Positions 28,534-39,575 are shown, counted from the first letter of the stretch. The stretch is 64,000 nucleotides of DNA from a virus (IMGVR_UViG_2529292920_000018:2322-66321); one strand, 5' to 3'. The notes: generated by a model from the letters alone, not told the origin. Numbers and translations: made by a program.

Positions 28534-29700
28534 ATGCTGGTACTGAAGCAGCAACTGAAAGAGGCCCGTATTCCACAGGCGGTGGTGGCGAGAGCTGTCG
28601 ATGTTTCTGAGGCCACGCTGGCCCAGATTGTGAATCATAACGCGTGGCCCCGCACCAGCCCCGGAGAAGTGCGCCGGCGTCTTGCGTCCTGGCTGGAAAG
28701 TCAGGGGATTGATACAACGAAGAGTTTTGATGCTGTACAGGGCGCGGCCACGCCCCGTACAGCGGGTACCACAGATAAAACGAGCCTCAGTGAGGAAGAG
28801 AATATGTTACTCAAAAAACAGGTGTTATTTCCAGCAACCAAAAAAGCGTTTGGTCTTTTCCGTGACCCGTTCGCCGACGAAGCCATGCAGGGTTCTGATG
28901 ATGTGTTCACCACCCCGGATATTCGCTACGTGCGTGAGGCGTTGTACCAGACAGCCCGTCATGGTGGGTTTATGGCCGTCATCGGTGAGTCCGGTGCGGG
29001 TAAATCCACGCTGCGCCGCGACCTGACTGAACGTATCAACCGCGAGAATGCGCCGGTAATTGTTATCGAGCCATACATCATCGCTATGGAAGACAACGAT
29101 GTGAAAGGGAAAACCCTGAAGGCAGCAGCGATTGCCGAAGCCATTATCAGTACCATCGCACCACTGGAAAGCATCAGACGCAGTCAGGACGCCCGCTTTC
29201 GCCAGTTGCATCGCGTCCTGAAAGACAGCAGCCAGGCGGGGTTCAGCCACGTTCTGGTGATTGAGGAGGCCCACAGTCTGCCCATTCCGACACTGAAACA
29301 CCTCAAACGCTTTTTTGAGCTGGAGTCCGGTTTCAAAAAACTGCTGTCCATCGTGCTGATTGGCCAGCCGGAACTGGCGACAAAACTGTCTGAACGCAAT
29401 ATGGAAGTCCGTGAAGTCGTTCAGCGCTGTGAGGTGGTCGAACTTCTGCCTCTGGACAATAACCTTGAAGAGTTTCTGACGTTCAAACTGCAACGGGCCG
29501 GTAAACAACTGACGGACATTATGGACGCCAGCGCAGTGGATGCCATACGTGCCCGCCTGAGCAATCCGGGAAGTCATCGTAAAAATATGGTCAGCCTGCT
29601 GTATCCGCTGGCCGTCAGTAACCTGGTAATAGCCGCCATGAATCTGGCCGCTGAAATCGGGGTTCCACAGGTCAACGCTGACGTTGTCAAAGGGGTTTAA
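28534..29700 (+). CDS. transposition ATPase (Mu B / TniB-like AAA+)
   Basis: Walker A GESGAGKST, Walker B VLVIEEAH; start at ATG 28534 with GGAGG upstream. Confidence 0.8.
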   Translation: MLVLKQQLKEARIPQAVVARAVDVSEATLAQIVNHNAWPRTSPGEVRRRLASWLESQGIDTTKSFDAVQGAATPRTAGTTDKTSLSEEENMLLKKQVLFPATKKAFGLFRDPFADEAMQGSDDVFTTPDIRYVREALYQTARHGGFMAVIGESGAGKSTLRRDLTERINRENAPVIVIEPYIIAMEDNDVKGKTLKAAAIAEAIISTIAPLESIRRSQDARFRQLHRVLKDSSQAGFSHVLVIEEAHSLPIPTLKHLKRFFELESGFKKLLSIVLIGQPELATKLSERNMEVREVVQRCEVVELLPLDNNLEEFLTFKLQRAGKQLTDIMDASAVDAIRARLSNPGSHRKNMVSLLYPLAVSNLVIAAMNLAAEIGVPQVNADVVKGV

Positions 29701-29702
29701 TA

Positions 29703-29972
29703 ATGAAATCCACCACAGGTATCAACCAGCAAATCAGCAAAGTGCAGTCAGCCATTATGGCGCTTAAGGCGACGAACACGGATGTACAAAGCATCACCAT
29801 CAGGGGTAACAAACCTGTCATCCGCGTTTCCCGGAGTGCGCATTGCATGCGCATGCTTGAGCAGGGAAAGGCCTGTTATCTGTATACCGGTCATGACCAC
29901 AGGGGACATTTCCGTCAGGGCGTTTTCGAACTGCACGGCTGTCGCGTCGTGTGGCCGGAATCTTTGTGGTAA
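29703..29972 (+). CDS. hypothetical early protein
   Basis: 89-aa ORF immediately after the B-like gene. Confidence 0.45.
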   Translation: MKSTTGINQQISKVQSAIMALKATNTDVQSITIRGNKPVIRVSRSAHCMRMLEQGKACYLYTGHDHRGHFRQGVFELHGCRVVWPESLW

Positions 29973-29999
29973 TCAGCACAACAGGAGGAGTCATAAAAT

Positions 30000-30530
30000 A
30001 TGGCAAAAAGTACAAAAGGGGCAAAACGTATCAAAGCCGCAGCAGCACTCTGGGTGCCGGGGACACGCGAAGAGGTCATTGAGGGAATCAGACTGCTTGG
30101 TGACGCGCAACGTGAACTGGTCAGGGCTGAAACAGAAATGAATGACACCATTGGCGACATCACTGCACGTTATGCCCCGCTCACCGAGAGCCTGAAAAAA
30201 CGCATGGCCGAACTGCAGTCCGGTATCCAGACATGGTGTGAGGCGCACCGTGATGAACTGACCGGCAACGGGAAGGTGAAGTTCGCTAACCTCACCACCG
30301 GCGAGGTGCAGTGGCGAAACCGTCCGCCGTCAGTCAGCATTCGCGGGGCGGATAATGTCATTGAACTGCTGAGACGTCTGGGGCTTGAGCGCTTTATTCG
30401 TGTAAAGGAGGAAATAAATAAAGATGCCATTCTGAATGAAAAAGAGGCTGTGAAAAATATTCCCGGTATTACCATAAAAAGTGATATTGAGGATTTTTCA
30501 ATAATTCCTTTTGAGCAGGATGTGCAGTAA
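30000..30530 (+). CDS. gam: host-nuclease inhibitor Gam-like protein
   Basis: 176-aa ORF with Mu Gam family features. Confidence 0.7.
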   Translation: MAKSTKGAKRIKAAAALWVPGTREEVIEGIRLLGDAQRELVRAETEMNDTIGDITARYAPLTESLKKRMAELQSGIQTWCEAHRDELTGNGKVKFANLTTGEVQWRNRPPSVSIRGADNVIELLRRLGLERFIRVKEEINKDAILNEKEAVKNIPGITIKSDIEDFSIIPFEQDVQ

Positions 30531-30627
30531 ACACACCACGTTAATTATTTAATAAAAACATTTTCTTTTTTATTCCGGCGTCAGCGCCGCGGGCTTCTGC
30601 ACGCCGGAAACAGAGGAGAATTAAATT

Positions 30628-30822
30628 ATGATATTTAAATGTATTCAGTGCGAGAGGGATATAACAGCCCTGCGTTTTCACAGCGCCATCGCCGTGATGT
30701 CCGGTAAGTATCACATACCTGCAGTACGTGTCACCCTGGTCTGCCCGTACTGCAGCCAGCATTTTTCGGCGGACGTGCCCGTCATGGAATTCTCCCGCCC
30801 TGACAGGGAGGACGCGCAATGA
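30628..30822 (+). CDS. small Cys-rich zinc-ribbon protein
   Basis: CxxC ... CPYC motifs in 64 aa. Confidence 0.4.
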   Translation: MIFKCIQCERDITALRFHSAIAVMSGKYHIPAVRVTLVCPYCSQHFSADVPVMEFSRPDREDAQ

Positions 30823-31091
30823 TTACCCCACAGGAAGCACGACAGCGCACCCGAACTCTTGTTGAACACTATGTCAACGAGTGTGAATGCCGCGACCTCA
30901 CCGATGTGAAGCACGTCCTGACGGCGCTAATCAGCATGGTCACACAGGCCATTGTGGCGACCAACGGAAAGGAGGCTGCCCTGCAGGTACTGATGAACAC
31001 ACTCACCCACACGGCAGAGCATGAGGTGCCGTACCGGATGGAAACCACTGCAGAAGGCGGCCTGCACATCACCGTCAGCCGGAAGCACTGA
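30819..31091 (+). CDS. hypothetical protein
   Basis: 90-aa ORF overlapping the upstream stop by 4 nt. Confidence 0.4.
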   Translation: MITPQEARQRTRTLVEHYVNECECRDLTDVKHVLTALISMVTQAIVATNGKEAALQVLMNTLTHTAEHEVPYRMETTAEGGLHITVSRKH

Positions 31092-31100
31092 GGGCGCGGC

Positions 31101-31397
31101 ATGACACGAAACACCGAACTCACCCGCACCGCCCTCTACCGTCTGGCCCTGCAGCGTTTCGGGCCGGACGCACAGGCCCTGAAACTGGCAGAAGAGGCCG
31201 CTGAACTGGCGGCCAGTGCCGCCCGCAACCTGAACGGACAGGGCAGCGAAAGTGACCTCGCGGCAGAGCTGGCAGACGTGGAAATCATGACAGAGCAACT
31301 GCGCCTTCAGGGGATGGACCGGCTGATTGACTTCCACAAACAGAAAAAACTGGAACGTCTGGCTGCACGACTGGGCGTGATTTACACGAACGAGTAA
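31101..31397 (+). CDS. MazG-like nucleotide pyrophosphohydrolase domain protein
   Basis: EEAAEL ... AELADVEIM all-alpha NTP-PPase-like motif pattern. Confidence 0.45.
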   Translation: MTRNTELTRTALYRLALQRFGPDAQALKLAEEAAELAASAARNLNGQGSESDLAAELADVEIMTEQLRLQGMDRLIDFHKQKKLERLAARLGVIYTNE

Positions 31398-31411
31398 CCG
31401 GGAGGCATTCA

Positions 31412-31627
31412 ATGGCTGACATACTCAGGGAAATCACCGCATGGACACTGATTCTTACTGGCCTGGCGACATGCCTCAGTGCGGGGGCAGCCCTGGCTGC
31501 CCTGCTGATGCACATAACAACACAGTGGTTATGGGAAAAGCTTAAAGCAGCATACAGCCTGAAAGAGCTGTCCGACGCTGTCCGGGCATGGAAACGGCAG
31601 AAAAATACCGGAGATACAGAACAATGA
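31412..31627 (+). CDS. small membrane protein
   Basis: 71-aa ORF with one TM helix. Confidence 0.35.
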   Translation: MADILREITAWTLILTGLATCLSAGAALAALLMHITTQWLWEKLKAAYSLKELSDAVRAWKRQKNTGDTEQ

Positions 31628-32307
31628 CAGACCAGAATAAACACATTGAGAAACTGAAAAAGTTGCTGGCGCTGGCCGCATCCGGCAACCCGCACGAGGC
31701 CGCTCTGGCACTGCGCCGAGCCCGTAAACTGATGGATGTTCACGGCATCACACATTCCGACATTGCTATGAGTGATATTGATGAAACCATCAGTCACTAC
31801 TGGCCGACAGGCAGTCTCCGTCCACCGCGCTACATGCTGGGCCTGATGAACATCATCCGCGAGGTATTTGGTGTTAACTCCATCATTCACCCCGGCACGC
31901 ATCCGTCTGTGGGGTTCTACGGCAACCGGGAACGTGCGGCACTGGCTGCATACACCTGGGAAGTGCTGGCCCGTCAGCTGAAAAAGGCGCGTCAGCAGTA
32001 TATCAGTGCACAGAACAAAAGAATAAAAACCGCCACCCGCACCAGCCGTGGAGACCAGTTTGCCGAAGGCTGGGTGCTGGCCGTTATCAGTGAAATACAG
32101 TCCTTTGCCCTGACCGATGATGAGCGTGAACTGATGCAGCAGTGGCTGGAACATAAATACCCGCAGACGCAAACCACCAGGGCGCGTAAACCGGGAAGAA
32201 GCCGCAATGGCGACGCCTCGCGCTATGCGGGGTTTCGTGAAGGGCAGAACGTCAGACTGCACCGCCCGGTCAGTGGGCAGGAACAACAGAAACTGGAGGC
32301 CAGATGA
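31624..32307 (+). CDS. DUF2786-like protein
   Basis: N-terminal IEKLKKLLALAASGNPHEAALALRRARKLM motif; start set at ATG 31624. Confidence 0.5.
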   Translation: MTDQNKHIEKLKKLLALAASGNPHEAALALRRARKLMDVHGITHSDIAMSDIDETISHYWPTGSLRPPRYMLGLMNIIREVFGVNSIIHPGTHPSVGFYGNRERAALAAYTWEVLARQLKKARQQYISAQNKRIKTATRTSRGDQFAEGWVLAVISEIQSFALTDDERELMQQWLEHKYPQTQTTRARKPGRSRNGDASRYAGFREGQNVRLHRPVSGQEQQKLEAR

Positions 32308-32523
32308 TTACGCTATCAGGTAAAAGCCGGAAATTAAAAGCCTGCCGAATATCTGCCAGATACCTTTTTGCCCGCGCCTTTTTTAAGAACGTCAGGCCGG
32401 GGATCACAATTGGTGTTATTGCCGGACGCGAACAGGTTGAAAAATACATGTCAGGTGCATGGTGGAATAACGACCCTGTCATTGCTGCCCGTAATATTCA
32501 TATCGAATGGGGAGGTATTCAGA

Positions 32524-32730
32524 ATGACTACTGAAACCATTGTCTGTTTTCTTTTCTGGTATATGTACGCAGGATCATGCAGCGCAAGACTTCATCGTTC
32601 CCTGGGCTATGGCAGGCACTACGACACCGCGCATTACATCCTGTACATGACCGCCGTCATGTTGTTCTGGCCAGTCACCCTGCCAGCTGCAACCGACATT
32701 GTTGCCGACAGACTGAAAAAAAGGAGATGA
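32524..32730 (+). CDS. small membrane protein
   Basis: 69-aa ORF with two hydrophobic helices, start ATG 32524. Confidence 0.3.
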   Translation: MTTETIVCFLFWYMYAGSCSARLHRSLGYGRHYDTAHYILYMTAVMLFWPVTLPAATDIVADRLKKRR

Positions 32731-32731
32731 T

Positions 32732-33181
32732 ATGCAGAAAAAACGCCTGATACAGCTTATCCATATTGCCCGTAATGAACTGGGTATGGATGAAGACACC
32801 TACCGCCAGATGTTACAGGGGCTGACCGGTAAAGCCTCAACCAAAGGAATGGATACCACACAACTAAACTGCGTGCTGGAATCCATGAAAAAGAAAGGCT
32901 TTCGCGTTAAACCAGCCAGAAAAGCCAGCTCCGGTTTACCGCTGGATAACCATCCGCAGTCCAGGAAAATTCGTGCGCTATGGCTTGAAATGGCTGCTGC
33001 CGGCATTGTTCGTGACCGTTCAGAAAATGCATTAGCGAGGTGGATCAAGCGGGAAACGGGCATCAGCGCCCTGCGCTGGCTCAGTACTGAACAGGCAAGC
33101 AGTGTTATTGAGAAACTGAAGAAGTGGCAGCGCAGAGCTGCGGGAGTCAAACATGAGCGACCTGAATCAGTTTCGAAGTAA
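32732..33181 (+). CDS. gemA: GemA-like regulatory protein (Mu gp16 family)
   Basis: 149-aa ORF immediately upstream of mor as in Mu. Confidence 0.7.
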   Translation: MQKKRLIQLIHIARNELGMDEDTYRQMLQGLTGKASTKGMDTTQLNCVLESMKKKGFRVKPARKASSGLPLDNHPQSRKIRALWLEMAAAGIVRDRSENALARWIKRETGISALRWLSTEQASSVIEKLKKWQRRAAGVKHERPESVSK

Positions 33182-33542
33182 GGGGCCGGAACTCCTGGTG
33201 GAACTGGCACAGCATACCTCTGAGACCGTTCGCGAGATTATTGATATTGAGCCCGAAGTTGCCGACCAGATTGGTCAGGCCGTCGCGAACCGAATGATGC
33301 AGGTCTGGGGCGGGCAAAACGTTTATTTCCCGATGGGCATGGTATGGAAGGTCAGTCAGCGCGACCGGGAAATCTTCAGGGAGTTTAACGGACGCAACCA
33401 CCACGAACTGGCCCGCAAATTTGGTGTTTCGCTTCAGTGGGTCTACAGCGTGGTTAAGCGGGTAAGAAAAGAAGAACTGGATCGGATGCAGGGCAAGCTA
33501 TTTGCTGATGAACCCGATGCAGATACGGAGAAAAAAGAGTAA
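33153..33542 (+). CDS. mor: Mor-family middle-operon transcription activator
   Basis: QVWGGQNVYFP ... ELARKFGVSLQWVYSVV Mor/C-family C-terminal HTH. Confidence 0.75.
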   Translation: MSDLNQFRSKGPELLVELAQHTSETVREIIDIEPEVADQIGQAVANRMMQVWGGQNVYFPMGMVWKVSQRDREIFREFNGRNHHELARKFGVSLQWVYSVVKRVRKEELDRMQGKLFADEPDADTEKKE

Positions 33543-33571
33543 TATCTGCAATCAGGCTGGCGCGAGTTCTG

Positions 33572-34376
<805 letters not shown>

Positions 34377-34377
<1 letters not shown>

Positions 34378-34856
34378 TATCCCGCCCCCGTCATACCCGT
34401 GAATTTAGTCGCCATACTGCCAGCCTTACCGATGAGCGATTCCGCCTGTTTACCGATATCGCCATAAAGCGCGGCCAGTGATTCATCAACGCGGGTGAGC
34501 GACAGCGTAAAATCAATTTTCCGGGGTGTGCCATCTGCAAAGAAAATACTCCCTGTTTCACTCACCTTGCTGATGACATACATGCCGTAAATCATGCCGG
34601 TGCCATCCAGCAACGGCCACGCCCGCCCCTCCTCTGCCATCAGCCTGAGCGTGGTCATCGTCAGCTTGCCGCCGGTCAGTTCGGGATAAAGCACACCGGC
34701 AAGCGTGATGTTTTCCTCACCCACACCGAGAAACTGAAAAGCGTCCCGTTTACCGATACGGGAATTTGACGGCCAGCGATAATCTGATTCACGCTGCATG
34801 GTCTGGTGTGGCAGCGTCTGGCGCATAAAAACAAACATACCTAACGCGAGCATCAT
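34377..34856 (-). CDS. U: tail protein U
   Basis: 159-aa ORF between T and D as in P2. Confidence 0.75.
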
Positions 34857-34870
34857 TTTTCGTCACCTCC

Positions 34871-37318
34871 TTAACCGTCATGCATCATGCTGGCACGGGC
34901 GCGCGCACGTTTATCCCGCTCGTATTTTTCGAGCGCATCCTGTAACTGGCGGTCGAGCTGTGTCCCCGGCGCAGTACCACCCGTCAGGCTGATGTGATAT
35001 TCGTTTTTACTCTGGTCTACATAAGAGCGGCCAGCCGGTGCCGTGACCGGCTGATAAGCCTGATAACCTGCATAAGAGCTGGTCGCCGGAATATAACCAC
35101 CGCTGCCATACGTGGCGGCTTGAGTTCTGGCGGCGGTCTGGTCAAGTGTGTCTGACTCTTTGTTGATAACACCGAGTTTTTCCAGTACCCAGTCAATACC
35201 ACTGCGCAGTTTGTTGAACGCATTAAGCGGCAGCATCAGCGCGTCAGCCAGTGCCTGCCCAAACATGACGCCCGTGTCACGGCAACGGTTCAGGGTGTCC
35301 TGGGTGGCTTTGACCGGGGCAATCAGGTTTTTAAACCACTGCCACGCGGCCTGTAACTTTTCACCCAGCCAGTCAAACACCGGTTTAAGTGGCGTGAACA
35401 GTTCCCCCACCGGCGCAAATGCCGCTTTCAGCCCTTCCACCACACCGCCAAAGAATGCGCTGACAGGCTCCCAGTATTTACGGATAAGCAACGCCCCGGC
35501 GACAATTGCAGCCACCACGGCCACAACCGGCCAGCTAATCGCCCCGATGGCGGTTATAACAGCACTGCCAACCGTCGTGAAGATTGCCCCCATTGCGCCT
35601 GCTGCCGCGATGATGGCATTGATGCCGGTGATAACCGGCCAGGCTACGAGGCCAATGGCACCGATGACACCAATCAGTGCCAGTGCACCACCGACAATGA
35701 TGCCGATGGTTGACGCCAGTGATTTGTTTTTCTGGATCCAGCCGTCGAGTTTTAACACATACTTTGTGGCCGTCTGCGTGAGATTACGCAGTGCGCCTTC
35801 CTGCTGGTCAAACAGGTCAGTCCCCACCGCCTCATAAGCGGACTGAAACTCCTTAAAGTCACCGCCGAGGTTGTCCTGCATGATATTTACCAGCTCTGCG
35901 GTCTTCCCGTCTGAGGCTTTAAACGCAGCGGTCAGTTTGTCCAGCTTTCCGGTTGAGGCGGCAGTCATCAGCACAGCGGCGGCTGAGCTGGCCTCCTCCC
36001 CGAAAATGGTTTTCATGTATTCAGCCTGCTGGGCAGTACCGAGCCGGTTTTTCTCAAAACTGGCCTGCATTTCTTTCAGAATGGTAAATATTGGCCGGGT
36101 GTTTCCCTTGCTGTCTGAGGTTTTCACTCCAAGCTCTTTGAGTGCATCCCATGCTTTTCCCGTCGGTGCCTGCAGGCGGCTTAACACGGCACGGCTTCCC
36201 GTCCCCGCCATTGAGCCTGTGATTTTTGCATCATGCAGCGCCCCGACCATTGCGGCAGTTTCTTCAATGCTGACACCGGCATTTTTTGCCACAGGTGCGG
36301 CATAGGTCAGCGCATCGCTCATGCCGTCAAAATCGGCGGCGGTTTTGTTCATCGTCATGGAGAGAACATCCCCGATATGAGCGACCTTATCGTTTGAAAG
36401 CTGAAAGGCGGATTTCATCCCCATCAGCAGGGCGGCGTTTTCTTCCATCGTGCGGCGGTTCGCCAGCGCCATATTCAGCGTGACCGGCGTTGCCGCCTGA
36501 ATGGCATCAACATCCCCACCCGCTTTCGCGATGATTATCTGTGCACCGGCCGCATCATCCGCCGAGGCGGCGGTATTGTCGCCGAGCTGGCGCGCCTGTT
36601 TGCGTAGTGCGGTCATTTCGGCGGAGTCTTTTGCCACTCCGAGCACGGCCTGCAATTCTGAGTTTTTCTGCGCAAACTCATAACCGGGCATCAGCAACTT
36701 AACTCCGGTCATCGTTCCCGCCGCCGCAATCCCCACACCGGCAGCGCCTACTGAGGCCATATTTCCGGCCAGTTCCTTTCCGGCCTGATAACGCTGTTTG
36801 ACTGCGTTAAGTTTTGCCTGTTGCGCACTGACACGCGCCAGCGCGTCGCGCTGACGGTTAAGCTGTGCGGTGGTTTCACTGATACGGTTTTTCAGTCCCT
36901 GCTCATCATGTGCAAGATTGCGGGTATTAATTCCCACAGCGGCCAGTTCCCGCTGCTGGCGTTTAACGGAATCTGTCAGGCGGTTATATTTCGCCTGTAA
37001 GTCCTCCGCCGCACGCTTTGCGGATTCCAGCACTTTCGCCTGACCACGGGTCGGACGTTCGGTGTTTTTAAACTGTGTGGCAAGGGCTTCGGCCTCCTGC
37101 CGTGCCTTTTCAAGTGCATGACCAGTCACGGCGAGCTGTGCACTGGTCTTGCGGAATCCCTCAATACGGGATGCCTGACCGTTCAGCTCGCGCAGTGATT
37201 TTTGTGTTTCCCGGATATCCCCCGACAGCGATTTGCTCGCTGTGCGGATGGATTTAAACGGACGGGATGCCTGGTCAACAGCCCTGAGCAATACCTGTAA
37301 TTTTACATTGTTACTCAT
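34871..37318 (-). CDS. T: tail tape measure protein
   Basis: 815-aa Ala/Gly-rich ORF. Confidence 0.85.
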   Translation of the reverse strand: MSNNVKLQVLLRAVDQASRPFKSIRTASKSLSGDIRETQKSLRELNGQASRIEGFRKTSAQLAVTGHALEKARQEAEALATQFKNTERPTRGQAKVLESAKRAAEDLQAKYNRLTDSVKRQQRELAAVGINTRNLAHDEQGLKNRISETTAQLNRQRDALARVSAQQAKLNAVKQRYQAGKELAGNMASVGAAGVGIAAAGTMTGVKLLMPGYEFAQKNSELQAVLGVAKDSAEMTALRKQARQLGDNTAASADDAAGAQIIIAKAGGDVDAIQAATPVTLNMALANRRTMEENAALLMGMKSAFQLSNDKVAHIGDVLSMTMNKTAADFDGMSDALTYAAPVAKNAGVSIEETAAMVGALHDAKITGSMAGTGSRAVLSRLQAPTGKAWDALKELGVKTSDSKGNTRPIFTILKEMQASFEKNRLGTAQQAEYMKTIFGEEASSAAAVLMTAASTGKLDKLTAAFKASDGKTAELVNIMQDNLGGDFKEFQSAYEAVGTDLFDQQEGALRNLTQTATKYVLKLDGWIQKNKSLASTIGIIVGGALALIGVIGAIGLVAWPVITGINAIIAAAGAMGAIFTTVGSAVITAIGAISWPVVAVVAAIVAGALLIRKYWEPVSAFFGGVVEGLKAAFAPVGELFTPLKPVFDWLGEKLQAAWQWFKNLIAPVKATQDTLNRCRDTGVMFGQALADALMLPLNAFNKLRSGIDWVLEKLGVINKESDTLDQTAARTQAATYGSGGYIPATSSYAGYQAYQPVTAPAGRSYVDQSKNEYHISLTGGTAPGTQLDRQLQDALEKYERDKRARARASMMHDG

Positions 37319-37738
37319 TCGTGTTTCCGCTTCGCCGGAGCGCCTTTTCGTGCCATGTGATGAGTTCGGTCAGGCTCATGGGATACAGTTCTGATGGCGG
37401 CCAGTGAAATATCACTGCCACATCCGCCATCAGGTCATCGACCGAGAGATTTTTCGGAAACGTCACTGCACCGAGTTCGGCGACAAAAAACCGACCACCT
37501 TACCGGCCAGCGCCACAAGGTCAGGCAGTTCCAGCGCGGCGACTTCCTGCTCGGTCAGCATCGGTGCCGTCATGCGCGGCAGCACTTTAATCAGTGCATC
37601 GACTTCGGAGTTCGCGACTGCAGCCAGACTGACACCGCGCAGCGTCCCGGCATTGGGTTTCATCAGCGTGACCTGTTCGATAACCTGCTCACCACGTTTG
37701 ACCGGATTGTCCAGGGTAATGACGTTTTCTTTGTTCAT
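37311..37738 (-). CDS. E': E+E' tail chaperone fusion via programmed -1 frameshift
   Basis: Slippery heptamer TTTTTTG at 37484..37490; the -1 frame stays open for 60 codons to TAA at 37311..37313 overlapping the T start. Confidence 0.7.
37463..37738 (-). CDS. E: tail assembly chaperone E
   Basis: 91-aa ORF ending ...KVVGFLSPNSVQ; contains slippery T TTT TTG. Confidence 0.8.
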   Translation of the reverse strand: MNKENVITLDNPVKRGEQVIEQVTLMKPNAGTLRGVSLAAVANSEVDALIKVLPRMTAPMLTEQEVAALELPDLVALAGKVVGFLSPNSVQ

Positions 37739-37794
37739 GGTTTTCTCACTTCTGAATCGGGGTTAACCGGTCAGCCAGGCTGACCGGATGAAAA

Positions 37795-38313
37795 TCACAG
37801 GCCGATATTGCGGCGGTGTTGCTCCAGCCGGTCGACGCCGTTCACCTTCTCAATCATGTTGATGGTGTCGATTTCGACCAGCTCCTTACCGTCTATCGTC
37901 AGCCGGAAATAGGTGCAGACCACGGAGATTTTCGACTCGGTGTCTTCTCCCTGTTTACCCTCGCCGGTGTCGATTTCTTTCTGACGTCCACGCATGACCA
38001 CTTCAACGGCCACCGTTTCGCCGGTATCGTCACGCTGGTAAGAGCCTGCAAAACGAATCGGCACAGCATCCACACCGGTTGCGGCGTAAAGCTCCCAGAT
38101 AACCGAATCCGGGAAACCACCGAGCGACCACTCCATTGACAGCGCATCGTCATCAAGGCCGAGGTCTACCGGTGCGCTGCCGTTCATCCCCGCACCGCGA
38201 TAGTTTTCGAGCTTACGGGTCAGTTTTGGCAGCGTGACGGACTTCGCGACGCCCTGATAGCTGTAGCCGTTCAGAAAGACGTTCATTAACTTGAGTTTGC
38301 GCGGCATTGCCAT
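37795..38313 (-). CDS. FII: tail tube protein FII
   Basis: 172-aa ORF following sheath. Confidence 0.85.
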   Translation of the reverse strand: MAMPRKLKLMNVFLNGYSYQGVAKSVTLPKLTRKLENYRGAGMNGSAPVDLGLDDDALSMEWSLGGFPDSVIWELYAATGVDAVPIRFAGSYQRDDTGETVAVEVVMRGRQKEIDTGEGKQGEDTESKISVVCTYFRLTIDGKELVEIDTINMIEKVNGVDRLEQHRRNIGL

Positions 38314-38325
38314 CGGTCAGGCTCC

Positions 38326-39516
38326 TTAATTGCTGTTAACCGAGGTGACCAGATTTGCCAGGTATTTATCAGTAATACGCTGGCGCAGGGTCAGGTTTTC
38401 AAGAGGAGGCACCGGTGTATAGTCGTAGTCGATATACAGTTTTCCGGCCTTGAGGGTTTCCGCATCGTTGGATTCTTCGCTGAACCAGCAGGTCGCATCC
38501 ACGATATAGCCGTTTGTTTTCAGCTCACGGAATTTGGCATTGATGCCGTCAACGATGTCGCGAATCAGCGTTGCGGTGATGGGCTTGTCCACCGCCCACA
38601 TGTGCGCCTCAGCCATCGTGTCGGCCAGCACCTGCGCGGTGCGGGTGTAGTTTTCAAAGAGGAACAGCGGGTCATCAGAGCAGGTACGGTTACCCCAGAA
38701 TCGGAAACCGTCGCGGCGAATCAGCGTAGTGACACCTGACTCGTTAAGCAGGTCAGCATCGGTGCCGGACTCCTGCAAATCCCAGAATACAGATGCGCTG
38801 ATGCCGGTAACACCGTTTACCCCGACGTTGGACAGCGTTTTATGCCAGCCCTGCTCCTGGTCGATTTTAGCGCGCAGACCCAGCGCACGGGCGGTGGCAT
38901 ACGCGGTGGCGGTGGTACTGGTGACCGTATCCCATGCGAGGAAATCCGGCCAGATGACCATCAGCTCACGCTGGCTGAAATTCTGGCGGTAGGCTTTCAC
39001 CTCGGAAATGGTCTTACAGCCCCATGCGCTGATATATCCGAAAGCACGCAGCTTCTGACAGACTGATGCCAGTGCAACAGCCACCTCTTTGGTATCCAGT
39101 CCCGGCACGCCGAGAATACGCGGTTTAACACCGGTTACCGACTCCGCCGCCAGCAGGGCTTTCAGTCCGGTGTACTGACCGTTTTCGTCGGTGGTGCCGA
39201 TGATATTGGAAACGGTCTGCGCGAGTTTCGTTTCCTCGTCGTCGCCGGTGCCGTCTTCCACACGTACGACAACGGTGACCGGTTTTGACTGGTCGGCGAT
39301 GGCCTGCAACGATGCCGCCAGCGTGCCTTTTTTACCGGCCTTTGCAATTGCACTCTGCACATTGGTAATCAGCACCGGTTTATTGAGGGGGAAGGTTTCC
39401 GCATCCGCATCGCTGGCCGTGCAGACCATGCCGACAATGGCAGTGGATACGGTGGAAATGACGCGGGTGCCGTCGTTAATCTCCAGCACCTGCACGCCGT
39501 GATGATAGTCACTCAT
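38326..39516 (-). CDS. FI: tail sheath protein FI
   Basis: 396-aa ORF. Confidence 0.85.
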   Translation of the reverse strand: MSDYHHGVQVLEINDGTRVISTVSTAIVGMVCTASDADAETFPLNKPVLITNVQSAIAKAGKKGTLAASLQAIADQSKPVTVVVRVEDGTGDDEETKLAQTVSNIIGTTDENGQYTGLKALLAAESVTGVKPRILGVPGLDTKEVAVALASVCQKLRAFGYISAWGCKTISEVKAYRQNFSQRELMVIWPDFLAWDTVTSTTATAYATARALGLRAKIDQEQGWHKTLSNVGVNGVTGISASVFWDLQESGTDADLLNESGVTTLIRRDGFRFWGNRTCSDDPLFLFENYTRTAQVLADTMAEAHMWAVDKPITATLIRDIVDGINAKFRELKTNGYIVDATCWFSEESNDAETLKAGKLYIDYDYTPVPPLENLTLRQRITDKYLANLVTSVNSN

Positions 39517-39575
39517 CCGTTTAACTCCGTGGTTAATGGGTGAGTGGTATTTTCAGTTGTGCCGGAGATGTCAGG

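Noticed and set aside
30560-30595. Hairpin CCGGCGT...ACGCCGG upstream of the small zinc-ribbon gene
   Set aside because: The T-tract precedes rather than follows the stem on the plus strand and is absent after it on the minus strand, so it is not a convincing intrinsic terminator.
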